Source: Spirochaetota bacterium
GTDB lineage: Bacteria; Spirochaetota; UBA6919; CBDBPB01
Length of the DNA stretch: 64,000 nucleotides
Assembly: GCA_965208615.1 (NCBI GenBank)
Contig: CBDBPB010000008.1
Location: 78,331 to 142,330, forward strand
Direction: 5' to 3'
Shown: in pieces, positions 9,289 through 18,355 of the stretch
Layout of the letters: every line of letters begins with the position of its first letter
How positions within the stretch are numbered: the first letter of the stretch is position 1
Program-made: the position numbers and the translations under genes
Notes under the pieces: model-generated
Seen by the model: only the letters and a program-made list of their open reading frames with translations
Database searches by the model: none
Told to the model about the DNA's origin: nothing

Positions 9289-11257
9289 TATTATCAACCC
9301 TTTTATTTTCATCATCACCCTCTCCATAGGTTGGAGTACCTGTTATGCTTGAATTATTATTATAAATAGCCCCACCTTTGCCTACTTTTTCTTTTCCACT
9401 TTCAATACTACCAGCAATGTTTTTATTAAAAATCACCGTATTATCTAAAGTGGGCTTGCTATTATCACTATTATACATGCCCCCTCCGTATTGCTTAGCC
9501 TCATTGCTATTAAAAGTCACATCTTTTAAAGTGGGAAAGGTTTTATAATTATACATGCCCCCTCCTTTAGTAGCCGTATTACTAGTAAAAGTCACATCTT
9601 TTAAAGTGGGAAAGGTTTTATAATTAGTCATGCCCCCTCCGTGTATAGCCGTATTACTATTAAACTCCACATTTGTTAAAGTGGGAGAGCTATTACCATT
9701 AGCCATGCCCCCTCCGCCGTCATTTGCCGTATTACTAGTAAACTCCACATTTGTTAAAGTGGGAGAGCTATCATAAGCATTAAACATGCCTCCTCCGGCC
9801 TCGGCCGTATTACTAGTAAACTTCACATTTGTTAAAGTGGGAGAGCTATTATTATTAAACATGCCCCCTCCGTACCTATTAGCCGTATTACTAGTAAAAG
9901 TCACATTTGTTAACTTGGGAGAGCTATTATTATTATACATGCCCCCTCCTAAGTCGGCCGTATTACTAGTAAACTCCACATCTTTTAAAGTGGGAGAGCT
10001 CTTCTCATTACCCATGCCCCCTCCGAGTTTGGCCTTATTACTAGTAAACTCCACATTTGTTAAAGTGGGAGAGCTATTATTATTAAGCATGCCCCCTCCG
10101 GCCTCGGCCGTATTAGTAGTAAAAGTCACAGTTGTTAACGTTGGAGAGCTATTATTATTATACATGCCCCCCCCTCCTAACAATGTGGCCGTATTACTAG
10201 TAAACTCCACATTTGTTAAAGTGGGAGAGCTTTTATCCCAATTAGCCATGCCCCCCCCTCCGTACTTTTTTGCTGTATTACTATTAAAAGTCACAGTTGT
10301 TAAAGTGGGAGAGCTATTATTATTAAGCATGCCCCCTCCGGCCTCGGCCGTATTACTAGTAAACTTCACATTTGTTAAAGTGGGAGAGCTATTATTCTCA
10401 TTATACATGCCCCCTCCGATCCAGTTAGCCGTATTACTAGTAAACTCCACAGTTGTTAACGTTGGAGAGCTATTATTATTATACATGCCCCCTCCGAGCA
10501 AGCTAGCCGTATTAGTAGTAAAAGTCACATCTTTTAAAGTGGGAGAGCTCTTCTCATTATACATGCCCCCTCCTAAGTCGGCCGTATTACTAGTAAAAGT
10601 CACAGTTGTTAACGTTGGAGAGCTATTATTATTATACATGCCCCCTCCGATCCAGTTAGCCGTATTAGTAGTAAAAGTCACATCTGTTAAAGTGGGAGAG
10701 CTATTATTATTAAACATTCCCCCTCCCCTATCATGGGGAGAACGACCATTAGCATTACCTTTGGTAATAGTAACCGCCGCTAGCTTTGCTGAGTTATTTA
10801 ACTTTGCTTTGTCTTCTTTATCACCCGGATGATAAAAAACATGATAGACATTATCATTATCACTATCCTCTGTTCCAACATCACCGCTTAGAATAGTCTT
10901 ATATTGTTCAGGATCGTTAGACTCATAAATATTTACACCAGGATAACTGCCAATAACCTCTACACCATTCTTTAAGGCAAAATGCTTATTACGATCACCA
11001 CTACCACCATTTGGATGACTAGTAGGTTTATAAGTTCCTTTTGATACATATACCTTAACAGGTTTTTTACTAGACTTAAACTTTTCTGAGGCTTTATTAA
11101 TAGCCTTTTGTAGATCACTAAAGGCAGTATTCCAGGATTTCCCATTTTTAGTAGTACGCTTTTCACCTTTTTTTAAAGCTTTTACAAAGAATCCATTTAC
11201 TTGTTTGCATTCTATTAATAAAACTAAAATTGCTAAAATAAATAATACTTTTTTCAT
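9239..11257 (-). CDS. Surface (lipo)protein with right-handed beta-helix repeats (Pmp/pectin-lyase-like)
   Basis: Signal peptide ending in Cys (LLIEC); GKSWNTAFSDLQKAI cap; 17 repeats of GGGMxNxxSSPTLxxVxFxxNxA. Confidence 0.85.
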   Translation of the reverse strand: MKKVLFILAILVLLIECKQVNGFFVKALKKGEKRTTKNGKSWNTAFSDLQKAINKASEKFKSSKKPVKVYVSKGTYKPTSHPNGGSGDRNKHFALKNGVEVIGSYPGVNIYESNDPEQYKTILSGDVGTEDSDNDNVYHVFYHPGDKEDKAKLNNSAKLAAVTITKGNANGRSPHDRGGGMFNNNSSPTLTDVTFTTNTANWIGGGMYNNNSSPTLTTVTFTSNTADLGGGMYNEKSSPTLKDVTFTTNTASLLGGGMYNNNSSPTLTTVEFTSNTANWIGGGMYNENNSSPTLTNVKFTSNTAEAGGGMLNNNSSPTLTTVTFNSNTAKKYGGGGMANWDKSSPTLTNVEFTSNTATLLGGGGMYNNNSSPTLTTVTFTTNTAEAGGGMLNNNSSPTLTNVEFTSNKAKLGGGMGNEKSSPTLKDVEFTSNTADLGGGMYNNNSSPKLTNVTFTSNTANRYGGGMFNNNSSPTLTNVKFTSNTAEAGGGMFNAYDSSPTLTNVEFTSNTANDGGGGMANGNSSPTLTNVEFNSNTAIHGGGMTNYKTFPTLKDVTFTSNTATKGGGMYNYKTFPTLKDVTFNSNEAKQYGGGMYNSDNSKPTLDNTVIFNKNIAGSIESGKEKVGKGGAIYNNNSSITGTPTYGEGDDENKRVDNTYKLVQSNLESGTVRH
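9440..10730. repeat. Intragenic tandem array, 17 units of 75-84 bp
   Basis: catgccccctcc...gccgtattactagtaaa...gttaaagtgggagagct recurs about every 75 bp. Confidence 0.95.
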
Positions 11258-11507
11258 AATTCCCCCTATTGTTTTTTTAGCTTAAAACGTTAAGCTCTAA
11301 TAGGCCAACGCATATAAAGCTATATCATTTAAAAATAAGCCCACTATAATGTAATAAATCCCGGGGAAAAGTAAAACTAAAAAAACTTAAATTTACTTTA
11401 TGAGGGGGATAACTTTTAATATTCTCAATTGGCATACCTATACATAATATGTAATAATTTAGTATAACGGATACTTCATCAAGTTTAGGTTGTTGAAAAT
11501 AGACATG

Positions 11508-11998
11508 CATATAAACTTGTACGCTCAGACCTTGAGTTAGGGCTGGTAGGTATATTTATTTTTTGTTAAGGCTAATGTTAGTATAGCTTTTCTTTTTTAT
11601 GATAATTTAGGTTATTTAGAGTGATATTATTTAGTAATTTAGTTATCATTTTATGACAAAGTTATGACAAAGTCTACAAGGTAAAAAGCAAGACATATAA
11701 CGTAAAGGCGGATGTATTTTATATCTCTTTGTGGAACAGGAAAGTTAAAATATTTATGTAAAAGTTATTTTCCTGTGTCAAGCAGGTTATCCCTATATGC
11801 TCTTTAAGTGCTGTTTAAATGCCTTAGTAATGAACACAAAATATCACTTTTTATGCAAGTAGTCATCATTACGGGAGCTATTAAGAATCCCTTACTGAGA
11901 CTAAGAATTATAGACCCTTATTAAGTGTTAACGGATTTGTAGTTCCATAAAGGCGTAGAGCGGATTATTTAAATATTACATGTTGACTTTATATGTAA
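11508..11998 (+). repeat. Dispersed ~490-bp non-coding element, full single copy
   Basis: Aligns by eye (high identity) to 45140-45607. Shared blocks include ggaacaggaaagttaaaatatttatg, tgtgtcaagcaggttatccct and agtaatgaacacaaaatatcactttttatgcaagtagtcatca. Confidence 0.9.
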
Positions 11999-12110
11999 AA
12001 CCTCAAAAAGTATACCTAATCCTCTATGATAAATAACAATCATAAAAAGTAAACTACTAAAACCTTCACTAACTAAATCTATCTAAAATTGTCTTAGAGT
12101 AATTCCTTAT

Positions 12111-15100
12111 CTAATAAGAACGCTTGAAAAATAAATAGTAAATACATGGGATTAATAATAACGACGTAAATGTCGAAAAAGAAAGACCCGCAATCACTGA
12201 TAGGGCCATAGGTACCTGTAATTCACTACCCTCACCTATCCCAATTGCAAGAGGTATTAATGCAAAAGTAGTTGTAAAACTCGTCATAAGAATCGGCCTT
12301 AATCGCCTGTTAGACGCCTCAATAATCGCACTCTTAAGGCTAATACCTGTTTTACGTGAGCGCTCTATAAAATCCACAAGTACAATAGAATTGTTAACCA
12401 CTATACCAATAAGCATAATAAAACCTATAAATCCCTGAACATCAAAGGACATATCCAATAAATAAAATACCATAATCACTCCACTAAATGAAAATGGTAC
12501 TGTAAACATAATAATAAAAGGTATCTTTAATGACTCAAACTGAGCCGCCATTACCATATATACCAATAAAATAGCTAAAACTATAATGAAATATAATCCC
12601 TCATAAGCTGTTTTTTGCTCCTCAAATATACCCCCATAATTAATCCTAAACTCAGAAGGCAAATCAATTGTATTAATAGCATCCTGAATGTCAGTAAGTA
12701 CAGATTGGGAGTCACGATTATATATATTACCCCTAATATAAATTACCCTCTGCTGATTTAACCGCTCTATAACAATAGGGCCAACCTCCTCTTTCACATT
12801 GATCAAACTCCTTAATAATATCTTCTTACCGCCAGCAACTGGATAGGACAGATTATTAATAGCCTCAATATTATTAATATCCGCTTCAGAAATGCGTATT
12901 CTAATATCATGCTCATACTCCCCATCAGTATAGCGTGTGGAAACCTTACCCAATAAAGCAGTCTGTAAGTAGTCCCCCAAAAGCCTTACAGATAAACCAG
13001 CCTCCTTAGCCTTCTGACGATCAACATAAACCGCATACTCAGGACTACCATACTCCCTTGACTGTCTCAGACCATGTATGCCCTCAATACCCTTTATAAG
13101 CCCCATAATCCTTTTGGCTAACTTATCCCCAGCCTTAAGGTTATGACCCAATATCTCCAAACTAATTCTCTCATCACCCCCTCTTAAAAAGCGAAATATA
13201 AAAAAACTACTAGGATAAACCCTAAGCTTAACATTACTAACCTTGGATAAACTCTTTCTAATCCTAGAGGCAATCCTATCAGAACTATCCCCCCGAATAG
13301 ATAAAGCCTTTAAAATAAGAATCATCCTCCCAGCATTCTCTTGCAACCTTCTATAGCCAGATTGACCAATCCTCGCATATATACTCTCTATCACATTATT
13401 ATAGTCTTTTAATAGTATGCTCTCTATCTCCCTAAACTTAAGATCAGTAGTCTTTAGGTTAGTTCCTACAGGAAGTTCTGCCGTAATTCTAATTTCTCCC
13501 TCGTCAGACAAAGGCATAAAATCAAATCCCATAAAGCCTAATAACAATAAACTAAATAAAAAAACAATAGCAAATAAACTCACAGTTAACTTACTGCGAG
13601 ATAATGCCTTATTAATAAGCTCGTTATAAATACTAGCAATCTTATCCAAAAATAGTGATATGCCATTACTAATAAAAATAAATACTCTATGATTAGCCTT
13701 ATTATTAAAACTTAAAAACTTTGCAGAAAATGACGGTATTATAGTAATAGCAACCAATAAAGATGCAATTAATGCAAAACTAATCATATATGCAAGCTGA
13801 CCAAACATAACTCCTACTGCACCCTCTAAAAAAAATAGCGGTAAGAATACCACTAAACTAGTAATAGTGGATACAGTAATAGGCATGGATACCTCACTAG
13901 TACCAATACTAGAGGCAGTCATACTATTTTTAGCCTCATCCTTATGCCTGAATATATTTTCTATTACCACAATGGAATTATCAACCAACATACCTATTCC
14001 AAGAGCCAATCCACCAAAGCTCATCATGTTTAGCGTAAAGTTAACCCCCTTCATAAATATAAAAGTGGCTATTATGGATATAAACATAGAACAGGCAATT
14101 ATAAATGTACTCCTAACACTCCGTAAAAAGAATAAAAGTACCAATATAGCAATTAATCCACCAAATAAGGCCGCCTGTTGTACGTTAGATATTGACCTCT
14201 TAATAAACTTTGACGTATCCCGAGTAATGGCTATATCAATATTCCTATTTGGATCACTACTAATCTCATTTACCTCTTGCCTTATTCTATTGGCAACGTC
14301 AATAGTATTGCCATCAGGTTGCTTTACTATCATAAGTAATAAGGCATTCTTAGCATTCACCCTAACAAAACTACTAATATCTTTATATTTATCCTTAACA
14401 TAAGCCACATCCCTCACCTTAATAGGAATGCCGTCTATAGTTTTTATAACCACATCAGATATTTCATCTATATTCTTAAACTTACCCTTAGTCTTAACAA
14501 CGTACTTAGTCCTACCAACACTAAAATTACCAGCGGCAATATCAATATTCTCTGACCTAATAGCGCTAACAACCTCATTAATAGATAAATTCTTAGCTTG
14601 AATGTCGTTATACCTTAGCTCAACAACGATCTCTCGCTCTAAACCACCGCGAACTACTACCTGTGCAACACCAGATAGCCTTTCAAACCTATGTTTAAGC
14701 TCTTTATCCGCATACTCCCTGAGCTTAACCCAGCTCATATTACCACTTATACCCAAAAATATTATTGGTATATCCCTTAGATCAAACTTAAAAACTATTG
14801 GTGTATTAGCATCCTCAGGCAGGCGTTCTCTTATTCTGTCAATCTTGGCACGAAGATCATTGGTTAACTCATCAAGATCAACACCCCATTTAAAACTAAG
14901 CCTTACAATACTTCTCCCCTCCAACGACTGAGAGGTTACCTTATCAGCACTCTCTATTGTGGATGCCACCTCTTCAATGGGTCTTGTTATAAGGGTTTCT
15001 ATTTCTTGGGATGATACACCCTCATAGTCTGTTTGTATGCTTATTATTGGAAAGGTTATATCGGGCATAAGATCAAGGCTAAGATCGTTATAGCTGAATA

Positions 15101-15176
15101 TGCCTATTGATACCACCATTAAAGTTATCATTAATGTGGCTATGGGTCTTCTTATGGAAAGGTCAACTATTTTCAT
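12111..15176 (-). CDS. RND efflux permease, AcrB/SwrC family
   Basis: SIRRPI, LMPDITFP, GMLVDNSIVVIENI, GIVVNNSIVLVD and RLRPILMT motifs; 1021 aa. Confidence 0.95.
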   Translation of the reverse strand: MKIVDLSIRRPIATLMITLMVVSIGIFSYNDLSLDLMPDITFPIISIQTDYEGVSSQEIETLITRPIEEVASTIESADKVTSQSLEGRSIVRLSFKWGVDLDELTNDLRAKIDRIRERLPEDANTPIVFKFDLRDIPIIFLGISGNMSWVKLREYADKELKHRFERLSGVAQVVVRGGLEREIVVELRYNDIQAKNLSINEVVSAIRSENIDIAAGNFSVGRTKYVVKTKGKFKNIDEISDVVIKTIDGIPIKVRDVAYVKDKYKDISSFVRVNAKNALLLMIVKQPDGNTIDVANRIRQEVNEISSDPNRNIDIAITRDTSKFIKRSISNVQQAALFGGLIAILVLLFFLRSVRSTFIIACSMFISIIATFIFMKGVNFTLNMMSFGGLALGIGMLVDNSIVVIENIFRHKDEAKNSMTASSIGTSEVSMPITVSTITSLVVFLPLFFLEGAVGVMFGQLAYMISFALIASLLVAITIIPSFSAKFLSFNNKANHRVFIFISNGISLFLDKIASIYNELINKALSRSKLTVSLFAIVFLFSLLLLGFMGFDFMPLSDEGEIRITAELPVGTNLKTTDLKFREIESILLKDYNNVIESIYARIGQSGYRRLQENAGRMILILKALSIRGDSSDRIASRIRKSLSKVSNVKLRVYPSSFFIFRFLRGGDERISLEILGHNLKAGDKLAKRIMGLIKGIEGIHGLRQSREYGSPEYAVYVDRQKAKEAGLSVRLLGDYLQTALLGKVSTRYTDGEYEHDIRIRISEADINNIEAINNLSYPVAGGKKILLRSLINVKEEVGPIVIERLNQQRVIYIRGNIYNRDSQSVLTDIQDAINTIDLPSEFRINYGGIFEEQKTAYEGLYFIIVLAILLVYMVMAAQFESLKIPFIIMFTVPFSFSGVIMVFYLLDMSFDVQGFIGFIMLIGIVVNNSIVLVDFIERSRKTGISLKSAIIEASNRRLRPILMTSFTTTFALIPLAIGIGEGSELQVPMALSVIAGLSFSTFTSLLLIPCIYYLFFKRSY

Positions 15177-16357
15177 GGCTTATTGTTAGACCGAAGTTTT
15201 ATTATATCCCCATCCTTTAAACGGGGATTATATGGGCTAACTAATCTATCATTTTTTGATATACCCTTAAGTATAACAAGTTCAGAGCTATTATAAGGAT
15301 TAACTTTTATCTCTTTTATGCTAACTTTATCGTTATTTATTAGTTGCACCCATGTTTTTTGTTGTATCTCGTCAACCTTGACCGCCTTAACTGGGATGAA
15401 TATTGCATTCTTTTTAGTATTTAGGGTTAGTTCTGCCTGACAGTAAAAGCCTGGTTTTAGTAGTCTTTTTATATTTTTAACCCTTATCTCTATGGTAAAG
15501 GTTCTTGTTTTAGGGTCTATTGTTGGGTAAACCTTATATATTTTAGCATTTAACTCTTTATTAATAGAGTTAATAATAACTCTAACGTTAATGTTTTTTT
15601 TAATAAGTCCGTTTTGATCAATAATATTAGAGTATTCCCCTTCTGATAAGTTGATAATTAGTTTAACCTCGCTAATATCTATAACTTTTAAGATAGGCTT
15701 AGCTGGATTAGCAAGATCACCAACATTCAAATACCTTTTAGCAATTGTACCACTAAGCGGTGAGTGGATTTTAGTTTCGGATAGTTTAACAGTAATCTCA
15801 CGTATACTAGCTCTAGCCTCATTAATCTTAGCCTTTGCAAGTTCGACTTGAGCCGCAGATGTCTCATAATCAGCTATGGCATTATCCAGCTCTTGTTGGG
15901 GTATTATATTTTCTCTATATGCCTTTTTTAGTCGACCTAAGGTTAGTTCTTTATTTTTCATTATAACATTATCTCTGTTTAGTCCAGCTAATTCAACTTT
16001 TAATACGGCTTCTTTTTGTATTTTACGTTCTATAAGTTCAGAGTTCATTAGCTGTACTAATATTTGTCCTTTTCTAACCCAGTCTGATGTATCAGCGTAT
16101 AATTTAACTATTCTGTTTTGTTCTTTTGTATATATATCCACGGATGTTATTGCTTTTAGAGTTCCAAAGGACTTTATCGTTTTACTATAGCTTTTTATAT
16201 TGGGGGATATTGTCTTAATTATACTGGGTTTTTTAGTTTGCTTTTTAGGGTTAGTGCCTTGACTTATATCGTAGTATAGCTTTATAAATATAACTAATAC
16301 TATAACAATTGGAATTACTATTATAACCTTTTTTATGATGGAGCTTTTTATCTTCAT
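15173..16357 (-). CDS. RND periplasmic adaptor (membrane fusion protein)
   Basis: N-terminal TM, VRKGQILVQL lipoyl half, IHSPLSGTI, DPKTRTF, LKPG; overlaps the permease start. Confidence 0.93.
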   Translation of the reverse strand: MKIKSSIIKKVIIVIPIVIVLVIFIKLYYDISQGTNPKKQTKKPSIIKTISPNIKSYSKTIKSFGTLKAITSVDIYTKEQNRIVKLYADTSDWVRKGQILVQLMNSELIERKIQKEAVLKVELAGLNRDNVIMKNKELTLGRLKKAYRENIIPQQELDNAIADYETSAAQVELAKAKINEARASIREITVKLSETKIHSPLSGTIAKRYLNVGDLANPAKPILKVIDISEVKLIINLSEGEYSNIIDQNGLIKKNINVRVIINSINKELNAKIYKVYPTIDPKTRTFTIEIRVKNIKRLLKPGFYCQAELTLNTKKNAIFIPVKAVKVDEIQQKTWVQLINNDKVSIKEIKVNPYNSSELVILKGISKNDRLVSPYNPRLKDGDIIKLRSNNKP

Positions 16358-16391
16358 AAAACCTTATTAGATATTTGCTTACTCTTTATAG

Positions 16392-17687
16392 CTATAAATT
16401 AACAATCCTAAACATCTTACTAGGGGGATCAACAATATCAAGCAAGTCAATCTTTGATATGGCATTTATAATATCAGCCTCATAAGCTTTATGAGTTTTC
16501 AAAACCAAATGTACAAACCTATCCTTATGATGGCCTTTTTGTATTACCCTTGCAATACTAATGTTATTATCAGCGAATATACCAGCTATCTTAGCTAAAA
16601 TACCAGGCTTATCTAATGTGTTAAAGCGTAAATAATATTCAAAACTGCTCTCATTTATGCTTAGTATTTGCTTTTTCTCATAGTGTATATTTCTATTATC
16701 GTTAAACTCAAAGTTATAGGCGGTATGCTCGGCAATGTGGACTATATCCCCCACTACAGCATTGGCAGTGGGATAACGCCCAGCACCTTTGCCAACATAT
16801 ATAGACTCAGTAAGAAAGTCAGAGTTTAGTAATATTGCATTAACCTCATTTTTAATGTTAGCCAATGTACTCTGAGTGGGTATAAGCGTCGGATGAACAG
16901 CAACAGTAATTTTATTTTCTTTTGTATTACTTGCAACACCCAAAAGCTTAAGGGTATAACCTAGCTCTTTTGCATAAGAAATATCCACTAGCTCTATGTT
17001 TTCAATACCCTCTTTGTGGACAGACTCATAGGGTACCTCTGTATTAAAAGCAAAAGACGCCAATATAGCCATCTTATGAGCCGCATCACCACCGTTTAAG
17101 TCCAGTGTAGGATCAGCTTCTGCAAAGCCAAGTTCTTTAGCCTCATTAAGACTATCACTAAAGTTTTTATTTTCATCCATCATTTTGGTTAGTATATAGT
17201 TAGTGGTACCGTTAACTATACCATAAATAGACTTTATACGATCCCCAACCAGAGCCTCTTTGATAGTCATTATAATGGGTATACCACCGCCTACACTTGC
17301 CTCAAAACCAATTTCTAATTTATTATTGTTGGCCAGCCTAAATAAATCCCGTCCTTTATAAGCTAATAAGGCCTTATTAGCTGTGGTAACATGCTTTCCC
17401 TTTTTTAATGCACTTTCTATTAAATCGTATGCAAAGGTTGTACCACCAACAAGTTCCACTACAATGTGTATGTTGGGATCATTAATTATATCATCGGCAT
17501 TAGTGGTAAATATATTTTTATCTATACCAAAAGACTTAATCTTAGATATGTCTTTATCAGCCACCTTAGTAACATTAATTTTAATACCCCTTCGCCTATA
17601 TATAAGGTCTTTTGTACTTTCTAAAATTGAATATACTCCGCCACCTATTGTACCAAGCCCTACTAAGCCTATGTTTATCTCTTTCAT
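16392..17687 (-). CDS. hom: Homoserine dehydrogenase with ACT domain
   Basis: GLGTIGGG, TANKA, EASVGGGIP, NGTTNYIL, GFAEADPT motifs; C-terminal DKPGILAKI ACT domain. Confidence 0.97.
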   Translation of the reverse strand: MKEINIGLVGLGTIGGGVYSILESTKDLIYRRRGIKINVTKVADKDISKIKSFGIDKNIFTTNADDIINDPNIHIVVELVGGTTFAYDLIESALKKGKHVTTANKALLAYKGRDLFRLANNNKLEIGFEASVGGGIPIIMTIKEALVGDRIKSIYGIVNGTTNYILTKMMDENKNFSDSLNEAKELGFAEADPTLDLNGGDAAHKMAILASFAFNTEVPYESVHKEGIENIELVDISYAKELGYTLKLLGVASNTKENKITVAVHPTLIPTQSTLANIKNEVNAILLNSDFLTESIYVGKGAGRYPTANAVVGDIVHIAEHTAYNFEFNDNRNIHYEKKQILSINESSFEYYLRFNTLDKPGILAKIAGIFADNNISIARVIQKGHHKDRFVHLVLKTHKAYEADIINAISKIDLLDIVDPPSKMFRIVNL

Positions 17688-17730
17688 AACTAACTCTCTA
17701 TTAATTTATACTTTAAAACAGTTTATATAC

Positions 17731-18234
17731 TTATTGCTTTGGATTAAAACCCATACTTTTATTACTATTATCTATATTCCTATATAGATTTATCATCTCA
17801 ATAGCGACCAATGCCGCATCAGCACCCTTATTACCATGTTTAGTACCAGCTCTCTCAACAGCCTGTTCAATGGTATCGGTTGTTAGTACGCCGTAAATAA
17901 TAGGCATACTGCTATCCATACCAAGTTTTGCTATACCTTTGGCATTTTCAGCAGATACATAATCAAAATGCGGAGTAGCTCCCCTTATAACCGTACCCAA
18001 ACAAATAATGCCGTCGTACTTTTCTAAATTAATAAGCTTTTTGGCTAAAGGTGCAATTTCTAATGCACCAGGTACCTTATAAATATTAATATTATTCTCA
18101 TCACAATCGCAACGCCTTAAAACGTCCAAAGCCCCGTCTAAAAGCTTGGTTGTTATAAAGTCATTAAAACGACTAACTATAATGGCTATCCTAAAACCCT
18201 TAGCTGATAACCCCCCCTCAATTATTTTACTCAT
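17731..18234 (-). CDS. ribH: 6,7-dimethyl-8-ribityllumazine synthase
   Basis: SRFNDFIT, VPGALE, IRGATPHFDYV and ERAGTKHGNKG motifs. Confidence 0.98.
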   Translation of the reverse strand: MSKIIEGGLSAKGFRIAIIVSRFNDFITTKLLDGALDVLRRCDCDENNINIYKVPGALEIAPLAKKLINLEKYDGIICLGTVIRGATPHFDYVSAENAKGIAKLGMDSSMPIIYGVLTTDTIEQAVERAGTKHGNKGADAALVAIEMINLYRNIDNSNKSMGFNPKQ

Positions 18235-18355
18235 AAATAACTCTCCTAAGTGCTATAACTAACAATGAGGCTTACATAAACGTATATAATAATATATATT
18301 TTTTAATCTAAAGAAAAGAAGATTTATTAAAAATGTTATAGAGGATTATTAAACT

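Noticed and set aside
9786-10832. 348-aa plus-strand ORF with MPPP repeats
   Set aside because: Antisense shadow of the beta-helix repeat gene; it is open only because the repeat unit lacks stops in that frame
11436-11464. dif-like site (..catacctatacataa tatgta ataatttagt)
   Set aside because: Only the CATAA half resembles dif; the XerD arm TTATGTTAAAT is not matched
9239-11998. Diversity-generating retroelement acting on the beta-helix gene
   Set aside because: There is no reverse transcriptase in the window, and differences between repeats are not adenine-specific
13417-17787. Several plus-strand ORFs of 60-180 aa opposite the RND/hom genes (and similar short antisense ORFs elsewhere)
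   Set aside because: Antisense shadows of well-supported genes, with no recognisable motifs
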